Positions 24,792 to 39,100 of a stretch of DNA of 64,000 nucleotides are shown here, piece after piece; the stretch's first letter is position 1; each line of letters starts with the position of its first letter. The notes below the pieces were generated by a model. The model was not told the DNA's origin. It ran no database searches and saw only the letters and a program-made list of their open reading frames with translations. Both the position numbers and the translations under genes were made by a program. Where the stretch lies: assembly GCF_009914755.1 (NCBI RefSeq), contig NC_060936.1; one strand, given 5' to 3'. Origin of the DNA: the human T2T-CHM13v2.0 reference genome, Homo sapiens.

Positions 24792-27700
24792 TGAATCACT
24801 CTGTTTGTAAAGTCTGCAGGTGGATATTTGGACGTCTTTGAGGCATTCGTTGGAAATGGGATTTCTCATATAAAACTAGACAGAAGATTTCTGAGACACT
24901 TCCTTGGGATGCGTGCATTCAACTCACAGAGTTAAACCCTCCTTTTGCTAGAGTAGTTTTGAAACACTCTTTTTGTAGAATTTCCAAGTTAATATTTAGA
25001 GTGTTTGGAAGACTATGGTAGAAAACGATATATCTTCATATAAAAACTAGACAGAATCCTTCTCAGAAACAATTTTGTGATGTGTGCATTGAACTCACAG
25101 AGTTTAACGTTTCTTTTGGTAGAGCAGTTTTGTCACACCCTTTTTGTAGAATTTGTGAGTGGGTATTTAGAGGGCTTTGGGGCCTATTGTAGAAAAGGAA
25201 ATAGCTTGACATAAAAACTAGACAGTAGCATGCTCAGAAACTACATTGTGATGTTTGCATTCAACTAAGAGGTCAACATTCCTTTTGATAGAGCAGTTTG
25301 GAAACAATATTTTTGTAGAATCTTCAAGTGGATATTTGTACCTCCTTGAGGCTTTCGTTGGAAACGGGATTTCTTCATAGAAAACTAGATAGAAGAATTC
25401 TCAGAAGCTTCTTTGTGATGTGTGTCTTTAACTCACAGAATTGAATATTCCTTTCTGTAGAGTAGTTTTGAAACCCTCTTTTCTGAGAATTTCCAAGTGG
25501 ATATTGGAAGTGCTTTGAGGACTCTCGTAGAAAAGGATATATCTTCACATAAAACTACACAGATTCATTCTCAGAAACTACTTTGTGATGTGTGTGTTCA
25601 ACTCACCGAGTTTAAACTTTCTTTTGATAGAGCAGATTTGAAACACTCTGTTTGTAAAGTCTGCATGGGGATATTTACTCCTCTTTGAGGCATTCGTTGG
25701 AAACGGGATTTTTCATATAAAATTAGGTAGAAGAATTGTGAGAAACTTCTTTGGGATGTGTGCATTCAACTCACAGAGTTAAACCCTCCTTTTGATAGAG
25801 CAGTTTTGAAACACTCTTTTTGAGAATTTCCAAGTGCATGTTTGGAGTGCTTTGAAGCCGATGGTAGAAAACCAAATATCTTCACATAAGAACTACACGG
25901 ACTCATTCTCAGAAACCACTTTGTGATGTGTGTATTCAACTCACAGAGTTTAACCTTTCCTTTGAGAGAGCAGGTTTGAAACAGTCTTTTTGTGAAATTT
26001 GCAAGTGGATATTTAAAAGGCTTTGGTGCCTTTGGTAAAAAAGGAAATATCTTCATATAACAACTAGAAAGAAGCACTCTCAGAAACTATATTGTGATGG
26101 GTGCGTTCAAGTCACACAGTTGAACCTCTCTTTTGATAGAGTAGTTTTGAAGCACTCTGTTTGTAAAGTCTGCAGGTGGATATTTGAACGTCTTTGAGGC
26201 ATTCATTGGAAACGGGATTTCTACATATACAACTACAGAGAAGAATTTTGAGAAACTTCTTTGTGATGTGTGTATTAAGCTCACAGAGTTGAAGCTTCCT
26301 TTCAATGGAGCAGTTTTGAAACACTCTTTTTGTAGAATTTCCAAGTGCATATTTAGAGTTCTTGGAAGCCTAAGGTAGAAAACGCAATATCTTCATATCC
26401 CAACTAGACAGAATCCTTCTCAGAAAAATCTTCGTGATGTGTGAGTTCAACTCACAGAGTTTAACGTTTCCTTAGATAGAGCGCTCTTGTAACACCCTTT
26501 TTGTAGAATTTGCAAGCGGGTATTTAGAGGGCTTTGGGGCCTATTGTAGAAAAGGAAATACCTTCACATAAAAACTAGACTGTAGCATTTTCAGAAACTA
26601 CATTGTGATGTTTGCATTCAACTTACAGAGTTCAACATTCCTTTTGATAGAGCAGTTTGGAAAGAATATTTTTGTAGAATCTTCAAGTGGATATTTGGCC
26701 CTACTTGAGGCCTTCGTTGGAAACGGGATTTCTTAATAGAAAACTAGACAGAAGAATTCTCAGAAGCTTCTTTGTGATGTGTGTCTTCAACTTACAGAGT
26801 TGAATATTCCCTTCAATAGAGTAGTTTTGAAACCGTCTTTTTTTAGAATTTCCAAGTGGATATTGGAAGCGCTTTGAGGCCTGTGGTAGAAAAGGAAATA
26901 TCTTCACGTAAAAACTAGACAGATTCATTCTCAGAAACTACTTTGTGATGTGTGCGTTCAACTCACAGAGTTAAACACTCCTTTTTATAGAGCAGTTTTG
27001 AAACACTCTTTTTGTAGGCTTTCCAAATGCATATTTAGAGTGCTTTGAAGTCAACGGTAGAAAACCAAATATCTTCATGTAAGAACTAGACAGACTCATT
27101 CTCAGAAACCACTTTGTGATGTGTGCATTCAACTCAAAGAGTTTAACCTTTCTTTTGATAGAGCAGTTTTGAAACACTATGTTTTTAAAGTCTGCAAGTG
27201 AATATTTGGACCTCCTTGAGGCATACGTTGGAAAGGGTATTTTTCATATAAAACTAGACAGAAGAATTCTGAGGACCTTCTTTCTGGTGTGTGCATTCAA
27301 CTCACAGAGTTAAACCCTCCTTTAGATAGAGCAGTTTTGAAACACTCTTTTTGTAGTATTTCTAAGTGCATATTTAGAATGCTTTGAAGCCGACGGTAGA
27401 AAACCAAATATCTTCATATAAGAACTAGACAGACTCATTCTCAGAAACCACTTTGTGATGTGTGCATTCAACTCACAGAGTTTAACGTTTCTTTTGATAG
27501 AGCAGATTTGAAACATTCTGTTTGTAAAGTCTGCAAGTGGATATTTGGACATCTTTGTGGCATTCGTTTGAAAGGGTATTTCTCATATAAAACTGGACAG
27601 AAGAATTCTGAGAAACTTCTTTGGGATGTGTGCATTCAACTCAAAGGGTTAAACCCTCCTTTTGATAGAGCAGTTTTGAAACACTCTTTTTTTTGAATTT

Positions 27701-29655
27701 CTAAGTGCATATTTGGAGTGCTTTGAAGCCAACGGTAGAAAAACAAATATCTTCATATAACAACTAGACAGAATCATTCTCAGATACCACTTTGTGATGT
27801 GTGCGTTCAACTCACAGAGTTTAACCTTTCTTTTGGGAGAGCAGGTTTGAAACAGTCTTTTTGTGAAATTTGCAACTGGATATTTAAAGGGCTTATGGCC
27901 TATAGTAGAAAAGGAAATATCTTGATATATCAACTAGTCAGAATCACTCTCAGAAACTACATTGTGATGGGCGCATGCAACTCACACAGTTGAACCTTTC
28001 TTTTGATAGAGCAGTTTTGAAACACTCTGTTTGTAAATTCTGCAGGTGGATATTTGGACCTCTTTGATGCATTCGTTGGAAATGGGTTTCTACAAATACA
28101 ACTAGAGCGAAGAATTTTGAGAAACTTCTTTGTGATGTATGTATTCAACTCACAGAGTTGAACCTTCCTTTCGAGAGAGCAGTTTCAAAACAATCTTTTT
28201 GTAGAATTTCCAAGTGCATATTTAGAGTGCTTCGAAGCCTATGGTAGAAAACGAAATATCTTCATATAAAAACTAGACAGAATCCTTCTCAGAAACAACT
28301 TTGTGATGTGTGCTTGACTCACAGAATTTAACGTTTCTTTTGATAGAGCAGTTTTGTAACACCCTTTTTGTAGAATTTGCAAGCGGGTATTTACAGGGCT
28401 TTGGGGCCTATTGCTGAAAAGGAAATACATTAACATAAAAAGTAGACAGTAAGATTCTAAGCAACTACATTGTGATGTTTACATTCAACTCACAGAGTTC
28501 AATGATCCTTTTGATAGAGCAGTTTGGAAAGAATATTTTTGTAGAATTTTCAAGTGGATATTTGGACCTCCTTGAGGCCTTCGTTGGAAACGGGATTTCT
28601 TCATAGAAAACTAGACAGAAGAATTCTCAGAATCTTCTTTGTGATGTGTGTCTTCAACTCACAGAGTTTAATATTCCTTTCAATATAGTAGTTTGGAAAC
28701 CCTCTTTTTTTAGAATTTCCCAGTGGATATTGGAAGCGCTTATAGGCCTGAGGTAGAAAAGGAAATATCTTCACATAAAAACTAGACAGATTCATTCTCA
28801 GAAACTACCTTGTGATGTGTGCGTTCAAGTCACAGAGTTTAACATTTCTTTTGATAGAGAAGATTTGAAACACTCTGTTTGTAATGTCTGCAAGTGGATA
28901 TTTGGACCTCTTTGAGGCATTCATTGAAAGGGGATTTTTCGTATAAAACTAGACAGAAAAATTCTGAGAAACTTCTTTGGGATGTGTGTATTCAACTCAC
29001 AGAGTTAAACCCTCCTTTTGATAGAGCAGTTTTGAAACACTCTTTTTGTAGAATTTCCATGTGCATAATTGGAGTGCTTTGAAGCCAATGGTAGAAAACG
29101 AAATATCTTCATATAAGAACTAGACAGAATCATTCTCAGAAACCACTTTGTGATGTGTGCGTTCATCTCACAGAGTTTAACCTTTGTTTTGAGAGAGCAG
29201 GTTTGAAACAGTCTTTTTGTGAAATTTGCAAGTGGATATTTAAAGGGCTCTGTGGCCTCTTGTAGAAAAGGAAATATCTTCATATAACAACTAGACAGAA
29301 GCACTCTCAGAAACTACTTTGTGATGGGCACGTTGAACTCACACAGTTGAACCTTTCTTTTGATAGAGCAGTTTTGAAACACTCTGTATATGAAGTCTGT
29401 ACGTGGATGTTTGGACCTCTTTAAGGCATTCGTTGGAACCGGGTTTCTACATATACAAGTAGGGAGAAGAATTTTGAGAAACTTCTTTGTGATGTGTGTA
29501 TTCAACTCACAGATTTGAAACTTCCTTTGGATAGAGCAGTTTTGAAACATTCCTTTTGTGGAATTTCCAAGTGCATATGTAGAGTGCTTGGAAGCCTACG
29601 GTAGAAAACGAAATATCTTTGTATAAAAACTAGACAGAATCCTTCTCAGAAACAT
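24788..29655 (+). repeat. Alpha satellite, same SF01-like layer, plus orientation; ~1357-bp 8-mer divergent HOR
   Basis: Marker aatccttctcaga occurs at ~25055, 26412, 28281 and 29638 (spacings 1357, 1869, 1357, i.e. 8, 11 and 8 monomers). The monomers are reverse complements of those at 21.7-24.8 kb. Confidence 0.85.
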
Positions 29656-30104
29656 CTTTATGCTGTTTTCAACTCACAGAGTTGAACCTGTCTTTTGATA
29701 GAGCAGTTTTGAAACACTCTTTTTGTAGCATCTGCAAGTGTTCATTGGGAGCACTTTGATTCCTATGGACGAAAAGGAAATGTCTTCACATAAAAACTGG
29801 ACAGAAGCATTCCGAGAAACAACTTTGAGATGTGTGCATTCAAGTAACAGAGTTGAACTTTTTTTTTGATAGAACAGTTCTGAAACACTCCTTTTGTAGA
29901 ATCTGCTAGTGGATATTTGGAGATAGTTGAGGCCTTCGTTGGAAATGGGAATATCTTCACATAAAAACTAGACAGAAGCAGTCTCAGAAATTCCTTTGTG
30001 ATGTGTGCATTCAACTCAATGAGTAGAAAGTTTCTTTTGATAGAGCAGTTTTGAAACATTCTTTTTGTAGAATCTGCAAGTGTTCGTTTGGAGCTCTTGG
30101 AGAC

Positions 30105-30121
30105 CTATGGTGGAAAAGGAA
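30105..30121 (+). promoter_or_regulatory. pJ-alpha box (A-type monomer; example of many)
   Basis: CTATGGTGGAAAAGGAA occupies the position equivalent to the CENP-B box. Confidence 0.8.
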
Positions 30122-33100
30122 ATATCCTCATATAAAAATTAGACAAGAATTCTCAGAAACTTCTTTGTGATGTGTGCATTCAACTCACAGAATTGAACCT
30201 ATCTTTTGATAGAGCAGTTTTGAAACACTCCTTTTGTAGAATATGCTTGTGGATATTTGGAGCTCTTTGAAGAATTCGTTTTAAACGGGATATCTTCACA
30301 TAAAAACTAGACAGGAGAATTCTCAGAAACTGTTTGTGATGTGTGTATTCAACTCACGATGTTCAACCTTTCCTTCAATAGAGCACTTTTGAAACACTCT
30401 TTTTGTAGAATCTGCAAGTATTCATTTGGAGTGCTTTGAGGCTTATGATGGAAAAGGAAATATCTTCGCATTAAAACTACACAGAAGCATTATCAGAAAC
30501 TTCTTTGTGATGTATGAATTCAACCTACAGCGTTGAACCTTCCTTTTGAGAGAGCAGTTTTGAAACAGTCTTTTTGTAGTATCTGCAGTTGGATATTTGG
30601 AGCGATTTGAGGCTTATGGTGGAAAAGGAAATATCTTCACATAAAAACTAGACAGAAGCATTCTCAGGAACTTCTTTCAGATGTGTGCATTCAACTAACA
30701 GAGTTGAACCTGTCTTTAATAGAACAGTTTTGAAACACTCCTTTTGTGGAATCTGCTTGTTGATATTTGGAACTCTTTGAGGAATTCGTTGGAAACAGGA
30801 TATCTTCACATAAAAACTAGACGGAAGCATTCTCAGAAAGTTATTTTTGATGGGTGCATTCAACTCATAGAGTTGAAACTTTCTTTTGATAGAACAGTTT
30901 TGAAACAATCTTTTTGTAGAATCTGCAAGTGTTCTTTTAGAGCGCTTTGAAGCCTATGGTGGAAAGAAAATATCTTCACATAAAAACTAGACAGAAGCAT
31001 TCCCATAAACTTCTTTGAGATGCGTGCATTCAACTCACATAGTTGAACTTTCCTTTTGAGATAGCAGTTTTGAATCAGTCTTTTTGTAGAATCTGCCAGA
31101 GGATATTTGGAGCACTTTGAGGCCTATGATGGAAAAGGAAATGTCTTCACATAAAAACTAGACTGAAGTATTCTCAGCAGCTTCTTTGTGATGTGTGCAT
31201 TCAGCTAACAGAGTTGAAGGTTTCTTTTGATGGAGCACTTTTGACACATTCTTTCTGTATAATCTGCAAGTGTTCATTTGGAGCGATTTGAGGCCTATGA
31301 TGGAAAAGGAAATATCTTCACATAAAAACTAGACAGAAGCATTCTCAGGAACTTCTTTATGATGTGTGCATTCAATGAAGAGAGGTGAACCTTTCTTTTG
31401 ATAGAGCAGTTTTGAAACACTCTTTGTATAGGATCTGCAAGTTTTCATTTGGAGCGCTTTGCAGCCTCTGGTGGAAAAGCAAATATCTTCACATAAAAAC
31501 AAGACAGAAACATTGTTAGACAGTTCTTTGTGATGTGTGCATTCAACTCACATAGGTGAACCTTTCTTTTGAGAGAGCAGTTGCGAAACAGTCTTTTTGT
31601 AGAATCTGCAAGTGGATATTTGGAGCGATTTGAGGACTATGGTGGAAAAGGAAATATCTTCACATAAAAACTAGACAGAAGCATTCTCAGAAACTCCTTT
31701 GTGATGTGTGCATTCAACTCACAGAGTTGAATCTTTCTTTTGATAGAGCAGTTTTGAAACACTCCTTTTGTAGAATCTACTTGGGGATATTTGGAACTTT
31801 TTGAGGAATTTGTTGGAAACGGTCTGTCTTCACAAAAAAACTAGACAGAAGTATTCTCAGAAAGTTCTTTGTGATGTGTGCATTCAACTCACAGAGTTGA
31901 ACCTTTCTTTTGATAGAGCTGTTTTGAAACATTCTTTCTGTATAATCTGCAAGTGTTCATTTTGAGTGCTTTGAGGTCTATGTTGGAAAAGCAAATATCT
32001 TCACATAAAAACTAGACAGAAACATTCTCAGAAACTGCTTTGTGATGTCTGCATTCAACTCACAGAGTTGAACCTTTCTTTTGATAGAGCAGTTTTGAAA
32101 CATTCTTTCTGTGTAATCTGCAAGTGTTCATTTTGAGCGCTGTGAGGCTTATGGTGGAAAATGAAATATCTTCACATAAAAACTAGACAGAAGCATTCTC
32201 AGAAACTTCTTTGTGATGTGTGCATTCAACTCACAGAGTTGATCTTTTCTTTTGATAGAATAGTTGTGAAACTCTTCTTTTGTAGAACCTGCACGTGTTC
32301 ATTTTGAGCGCTTTGAGGAACAAGATGGAAAAAAAATATCTTCACATGCAAAATAGACAGAAGCATTCTCAGAAATTTCTTTGTGATGTGTGCATTCAAC
32401 TCACAAACTTGAAAATTTCTTTTGATAGAGCAGTTTTGAAACACTCCTTTTATAGGATCTGCAAGTGTTTACATTGAGAGCTTTGAGGTCTATGTTGGAA
32501 AAGGAAATAACTTCACATAAAAACTAGACAGCAGCAATCTCACATAATTCTTTGTGGTGGGTGCATTCAACTCAGAGTTGAACTTTTCTTTTGATAGAGC
32601 AGTTTTGTAACAATACTTTTGTAGAATCTGCTTGTGGATATTTGGAGCTCTTTGAGGAATTCATTGTAAACGGGTCACCTTCCCATAAAAACTAGACGGA
32701 AGCATTCTCAGAAACTGCTTTGTTATGTGTGCATTCAACTCACAGAGTTGAACCTTTCTTTTGAGGGAGCAGTTTTGTAACACTCTTTTTGTAGAATCTG
32801 CAATGTTCATTTGGAGTGCTTTGAGGCCTATGGTGGAAAAGGAATTATCTTCACATCAAAACCAGACAGAACCATTCCCAGAAACTTCTCTGTAATGTGT
32901 GCTTTCAACTCCCGGAGTTGAAACTTCCTTTTGTGTGGGTCGTTTTGTAACAGTCTTTTTGTAGAATCTGCCAGTGGATATTTGGAGCAATTTGAGGTCT
33001 GTGTTGGAAAAGGAAATATCTTCACATAAAAACTAAGCAGAATCATTCTCAGGAACTTCATTGTGATGTGTGCATCCAGCTAACATAGTTCAACATTTCT

Positions 33101-36100
33101 TTTGAGAGAGCAGTTTTGAAACACTCTTTTTGTAGAATCTGCACGTGTTCATTTTGAGAGCTTTGAGGCCTATGGTGGAAAAGGAAATATCTTCACATAA
33201 AAACTAGACAGAAGAATTCTCAGGAACTCCTTTGTGATGTGTGCGTTCAATTCACAGAGTTGAACCCTTCTTTTGATAGAGCAGTTTTGACACACTGCTT
33301 TTGTAGAATCTGCTTGTGGATATTTAGAGCTCTTTGAGGATTTCGTTGGAAACGGGCTATCTTCACAAAAAAACTAGACCGAATTATACTCAGAAAGCTT
33401 TTTCGTGTTGTGTGCATTCAACTCACAGTATTGAACATTTGTTTTGAGAGAGAAGCTTTGAAACATTCTTTATGTGTAATCTGCAAGTGTTCACTTTGAG
33501 CGCTTTGAGGCCTATGGTGGAAAAGGAAATACCTTCACATAAAAAATAGACAGAAGCATTCTGAGGAACTTCTTTGAGATGTGTGCATTCAACAATAGAG
33601 TTGAACCTGTCTTTTGATAGAGCACTATTGAAACACTCCTTTTGTACAAACTGCTTAGGGATATTTGGAACTCTTTGAGGAATTCGTTGGGAACGGGTAT
33701 CTTCACATAAATACTAGACAGAAGTATTCTCAGAAAGTTCTTTGTGATCTGAGCATTCAACTCACAGAGTTGAACCTTTCTTTTGAAAGATCAGTTTTGA
33801 AACTCTCCTTTGGTAGAATCTGCTTGTGGATATTTGGAGCTCTTTGAGGAATTCATTGTAAACGGGATATCTACAAATGAAAACTAGACTGAAGCATTCT
33901 CAGAAACTGCTTTGTGATGTGTGCATTCAACTCACAGACTTGAACGCTTCTTTTGATAGAGCAGTTTTGAAAGAGTCTTTTTCTAGTGTCTGTAAGGGTT
34001 CATTTAGAGCGATTTGAAGCCTATGGTGGAAAAGGAAATATCTTCACATAAAAATTAGACAGAAGCATTCTCAGAAAGTTCTTTGTGATGTGTGCATTCA
34101 ACCGACAGACTTGAACCTTTATTTTGATAGAGCAGTTTTGAAACACTCCTTTTATAATATCTGCAAGTGTTCACTTTCAGCGCATTGAGGCCTATGGTGG
34201 AAAAGGAAACATCTTCACATAAAAACTAGATAGAAGCATTCTAAGAATCTTCTTTGTGATGTGTGCATTCAGCTCATATAGTTGAACCTTTCTTTTGAGA
34301 GAGCAGTTTTGAAACAGTCTTTCTGTAGAACCTGCCAGTGGATATTTGGAGCGATTTGCGTTCTATGGTGGAAAAAGAAATATTTTCACATAAAAACTAG
34401 ACAGAAGCATTCTCAGGAACTTCTTTGAGATGTGTGCATTCAAGTACCAGAGTTGAATCTGTCTTTTCATATAGCAGTGTTGAGACACTCCTTTTGTAGA
34501 ATCTCCCTGTGGATATTTGGAGCTCTTTGAGGAATTCTTTGTAAACGGCATATCTTCAAATACAAACTAGACAGAAGCATTCTCAGAAACTACTTTGTGA
34601 CGTGTGCATTCAACTCACAGAGCTGAACTTTCTTTTGATAGAGCTGTTTTGAAAAACTCTTTTTGTAGAATCTGCAAGTGTTCAATGGAGTGCTTTGAGG
34701 CCTATGGTGGAATAGGAAATATCTTCACATAAAAAGTAGACAGAAGAATTCTCATAAACTTTTTTGTGATGTGTGCATTCAACTCACAGAGTTGAACCCT
34801 TCTTTTGATAGAGCAGTTTTGAAAAAGTCCTTTTGTAGAATCTGCTTGTGCATGCTTGGAGCTCTTTGACAAATTCATTGTAAAAGGGATATCTTAACTT
34901 AAAAACTAGACAGAAGTATTCTCAGAAACTGCTTTGTGATGTGTGCATTCAACTCACAGAGTTGAACCTTCCTTTTGAGAGAGCAGTTTTGAATCAGTCT
35001 TTTTGTTGTATCTTTAAGTGGATATTTGGGAAGATTTGAGGCCTGTGGTGGAAAATGAAATATCTTCACATAAAAATTAGAAAGAAGCATTCTCAGAAAC
35101 TGCTTTGTGAAGTGCGCATTCAACTCACAGAGTTGAACCTTCCATTTGAGAGAGTAGTTTTGAAACAGTCTTTTTGTAGAAACTGCAGTTGAATATTTGG
35201 AGCTATATGAATCCAATTGTGGAAAAGGAAATACCTTCACATAAAAACTAGACAGAAGCATCTCAGGAACATCTTTTAGATGTGTTCATTCAACTAACAG
35301 AGTTGAACCTGTCTTTTGATAGAGCAGTATTGAAACACTACTTTTGTAGAATCTGCCTGTGTATTTTTGGAAGACTTTGAAGAATTCTTTGGAAACAGGT
35401 ATCTTCACATAAAAACTAGACAGAAGCATTCTCAGAAAGTTCTTTGTTATGTGTGCGCTCAACTCACAGAGTTGAAACTTCGTTTTGTGAGAGCTTTTTG
35501 TAAGTCTTTTTGTAGAATCTGCCAGTGGATATTTGGACTGAGTTGAGTCCTTTTTTGGAAAAGGAAATATCTTCACATATAACTTACATAGAAGCATTCT
35601 CAGAAAACTCTTTGAGTTGTGTGCATTCAACTGACGGAGTTGAACCTTTCTTTTGATAGAGCGGTTTTGAAACACTCTTTTTGTAGAATCTGCAAGTGTT
35701 CATTTGGAGACCTGTAAGGCCTATGGTGGAATTGAAATATCTTCACAAAAAAACTAGACAGAAGCATTCTCAGAAACTCTTTGTGGTGTGTGTGTGTTCA
35801 ATTAACAGAGTTGAACTTTTCTTTTGATACAGCAGTTTTGAAACACTCATATTGGAGAATCTGCTTGTGGATATTTGGAACTCTTTGAGAAAATTCATTG
35901 GAAACGAGCTATCATCACAAAAAAACTAGACAGAAGTATACTCAGAAAGTTCTTGGTGATGTCTGCATTCAACTCACAGAGTTGAAACTTACTTTTGATA
36001 GGGCCGTTTTGAAATATTTTTTCTGTATAATCTGCAAGTGTGCATTTTGAACGCTTTGGGGCCTATGGTGGAAAAGGAAGTATCTTCACATAAAAAATAG

Positions 36101-39100
36101 ACAGAAGCATTCTCAGAAACTCCATTGTGATGTGTGTATTCAACTCACAGAGTTGAACTTTTCTTTTGATAGTGCAGTTTTGAAACTCTCCTTTTGTAGA
36201 ATCTCCTTGGGCATATTTGGAGCTCTTTGAGGAATTCATTCTAAACAGGATATCTTCACATAAAAACTAGACAGAAGCATTCTCAGAAACTGCTTTGTGA
36301 TGTGTGCATTCAACTCACAGAGTTGAACACTTCTTTTGATAGAGCAGTTTTGAAACAGTCTTTTTGTAGAATCTGCAATTGTTCATTTCTACCACTTTGA
36401 AGCCTGTGTTGGAAAAGGAAATATCTCCACATAAAAACTAGACAGAAGCAATCTCAGAAACTTCTTTATGAAGTGTGCATTCACTCACCGACTTGAACTT
36501 TTGGCAGAGCAGTTTTGAAACACTCCTTTTTAGAATCTGCCTTTGGATATTTGAAGTTCTTTGAGGAATTCTTTGTAAACGGGATATCTTCCCATAAAAA
36601 CTAGACAGAAGCATTCTCAGAAGCTTCTTTGTGATATTTGCATTCAACCCACAAAGTTGAACCTTTCTTTTCATGGAGCAGTTTTGAATCACACGTGTGT
36701 AGAATTTGAAAGTGTTCATTTTGAGTGCTTTGAGGACTATGGTGCAAAAGGAAATATCTTCACATGAAAACTAGACAAAAGCATTCTCCGAAACTTCTTT
36801 GTGATGTGTTCATTCAACTCACAGAGTTGAAACTTCCTTTTGTGAGAGCAGTTTTGTAAAAGTCTTTTTGTAGATTCCGCCACTGGATTTTTGGAGCGAT
36901 TTGAGTCGTATGTTGGAAAAGGAAGTATCTTCACATAAAACCTAGACAGAAGCATTCTCAGAAATTTTTTTGAGACGTGTGCATTCAACTCACAGAGTTG
37001 AACCTTTCTTTTGAGAGAGCAGGTTGGAAACAGTCTTTCTGTAGTATTTTTAAGTGGATATTTGAAGCGATTTGAGGCCTATGGTGGAAAAGGAAATATC
37101 TTCACATAAAAACAAGACAGAAGCGTTCTCAGAAACTTCTTTGTGATGTGTGCATTCAACTCAAAGAGTTGAATCTTTCTTTTGATATAGCAGTTTTGAA
37201 ACAGTCTTCTTGTAGAATCTACAAGCGTTCATTTTGAGCTCTTGGAGGCCTATGGTGGAAAAGGAAATATCTTCACATAATTACAAGACAGAAGCATTCT
37301 CAGAAACTTCTTTGTCATGTTTGCATTCAACTCACTGAGTTGAACATTCCTTTTGAGATAGCAGTTTTGAAACAGTCTTTTTGTAGAATCTTCCTCTGGA
37401 TATGTGGAGTGATTTGAGGCCTATTGTGCAAAAGGAAATAACTTCACATAAAAAATAGTCAGAATCATGCTCAGGAACATCTTTGAGATGTGTGAATTCA
37501 ACTAACAGAGTTGAACCTGTCTTTAGATAGAGCAGTTTTGAAACACTCCTTTTGTAGAATCTGCTTGTGGATATTTGGAACTCTTTGAGGAATTCATTGG
37601 AAACGGGTATCTTCACATAAATACTAGAGAGAAGCATTCTCAGAAAGTTCTTTGTGATGTGTGCATTCAACTCACAGAGTTGAACATTTCTTTTGATAGA
37701 CCAGATTTGTAACACACTTTGTAGAATCTGCAAGAGTTCATTTTGAGCACTTTGAGGCCTATGGTGGAAAAGGAAATACCTTCACATAAATACTAGACAG
37801 AAGTATTCTCAGAAACTTCTCTGAGATGTGTGAATTCAACTCACAGCGTTGAAGCTTTCTTTTGGCAGAGCAGTATTGAAACACTCTTTTTGTGGAACCT
37901 GCAAGTGTTCATTTGGAATGATTTGAGGCCTGTGGTGGAGAAGGAAATATCTTCACATAAAAACTAGACAGAAGCATTCTAAGAAACTTCTTTGAGATGT
38001 GTACATTCAACTCACTGAGTTGAACATTTCTTTTGATAGAGCAGTTTTGAAACTCTCCTTTTGCAGAATCTACTAGTGGATATTTGGAGATATTTTAAGC
38101 CTTCTTTTGAAACGGGAATAACTTCACATAAAAACTAGACAGAAGCATTCTCAGAAACTTCTTTGTGATGTGTGCATTGAACTCACAATTTTGAACCTTT
38201 CTTTTGATAGAGCAGTTTTGAATCAGTGTTTTTGTAGAATTTACAAGTGTTCATTTGGAGCGCTTTGAGGCCTATGGTGGAAAAGGAAATATCTTCACAT
38301 GAAAACTAGACAGAAGCATTCTCAGAAACTTCTTTGTGATGCCTGAATTCAACTCACAGAGTTGAACCCTACTTTTGATAGAGCAGTTTTCAAACACTAC
38401 TTTTGTTGACACTGCTTGTGGATATTTGGAGCTCTTTGAGGAATTCTTTGTAAACGGAGTATCTTCAATTAAAAACTAGACAGAAGCATTCCCAGAAACT
38501 TATTTGTGATCTGTGCATTCAACTCACAGAGTTGAATCTTTCTTTTGATAGATGAGTTTTGAAACACTCTTTTTGTATAATCTGCAATTGTTCATTTGGA
38601 GCACTTTGAGTCCTATGGTGGAAAAGGAAATATCTGCACATCAATACTAGACAGAAGCATTCTCAAAAATTTCCTAGTGATGTGCACATTCCACTCACAT
38701 AGTTCAACCTTTCTTTTGATAGAGCAGTTCTGAAACACTCTTTTTGTGTAATCTGCAACTGTTCATTTTGAGTGCTTTGAGGCCTATGGTGGAAAAGAAA
38801 ATATCTTCACATAAAAACTAGATAGAAGAATTCTCAGAAACTTCTTTGTGATGTGTGTATTCAACTCTCAGAGTTGAACATTTCTTTTGATAGAGCAGTT
38901 TTGAAACATTCTTCTGTAGAATCTACATGTGTTCATTTGGAGCACTTTGAGGCCTATGATGGAAAAGGAAATAACTTCACATAAAAACTAGACAGAAGCA
39001 TTCTCAGAAACTTCTTTGTGATGTGTGCATTCAACTCACAGATTTGAAGCTTCCTTTCAACAGAGCAGTATTGAGACACTCCTTTTGTGGAATCTGCAAG

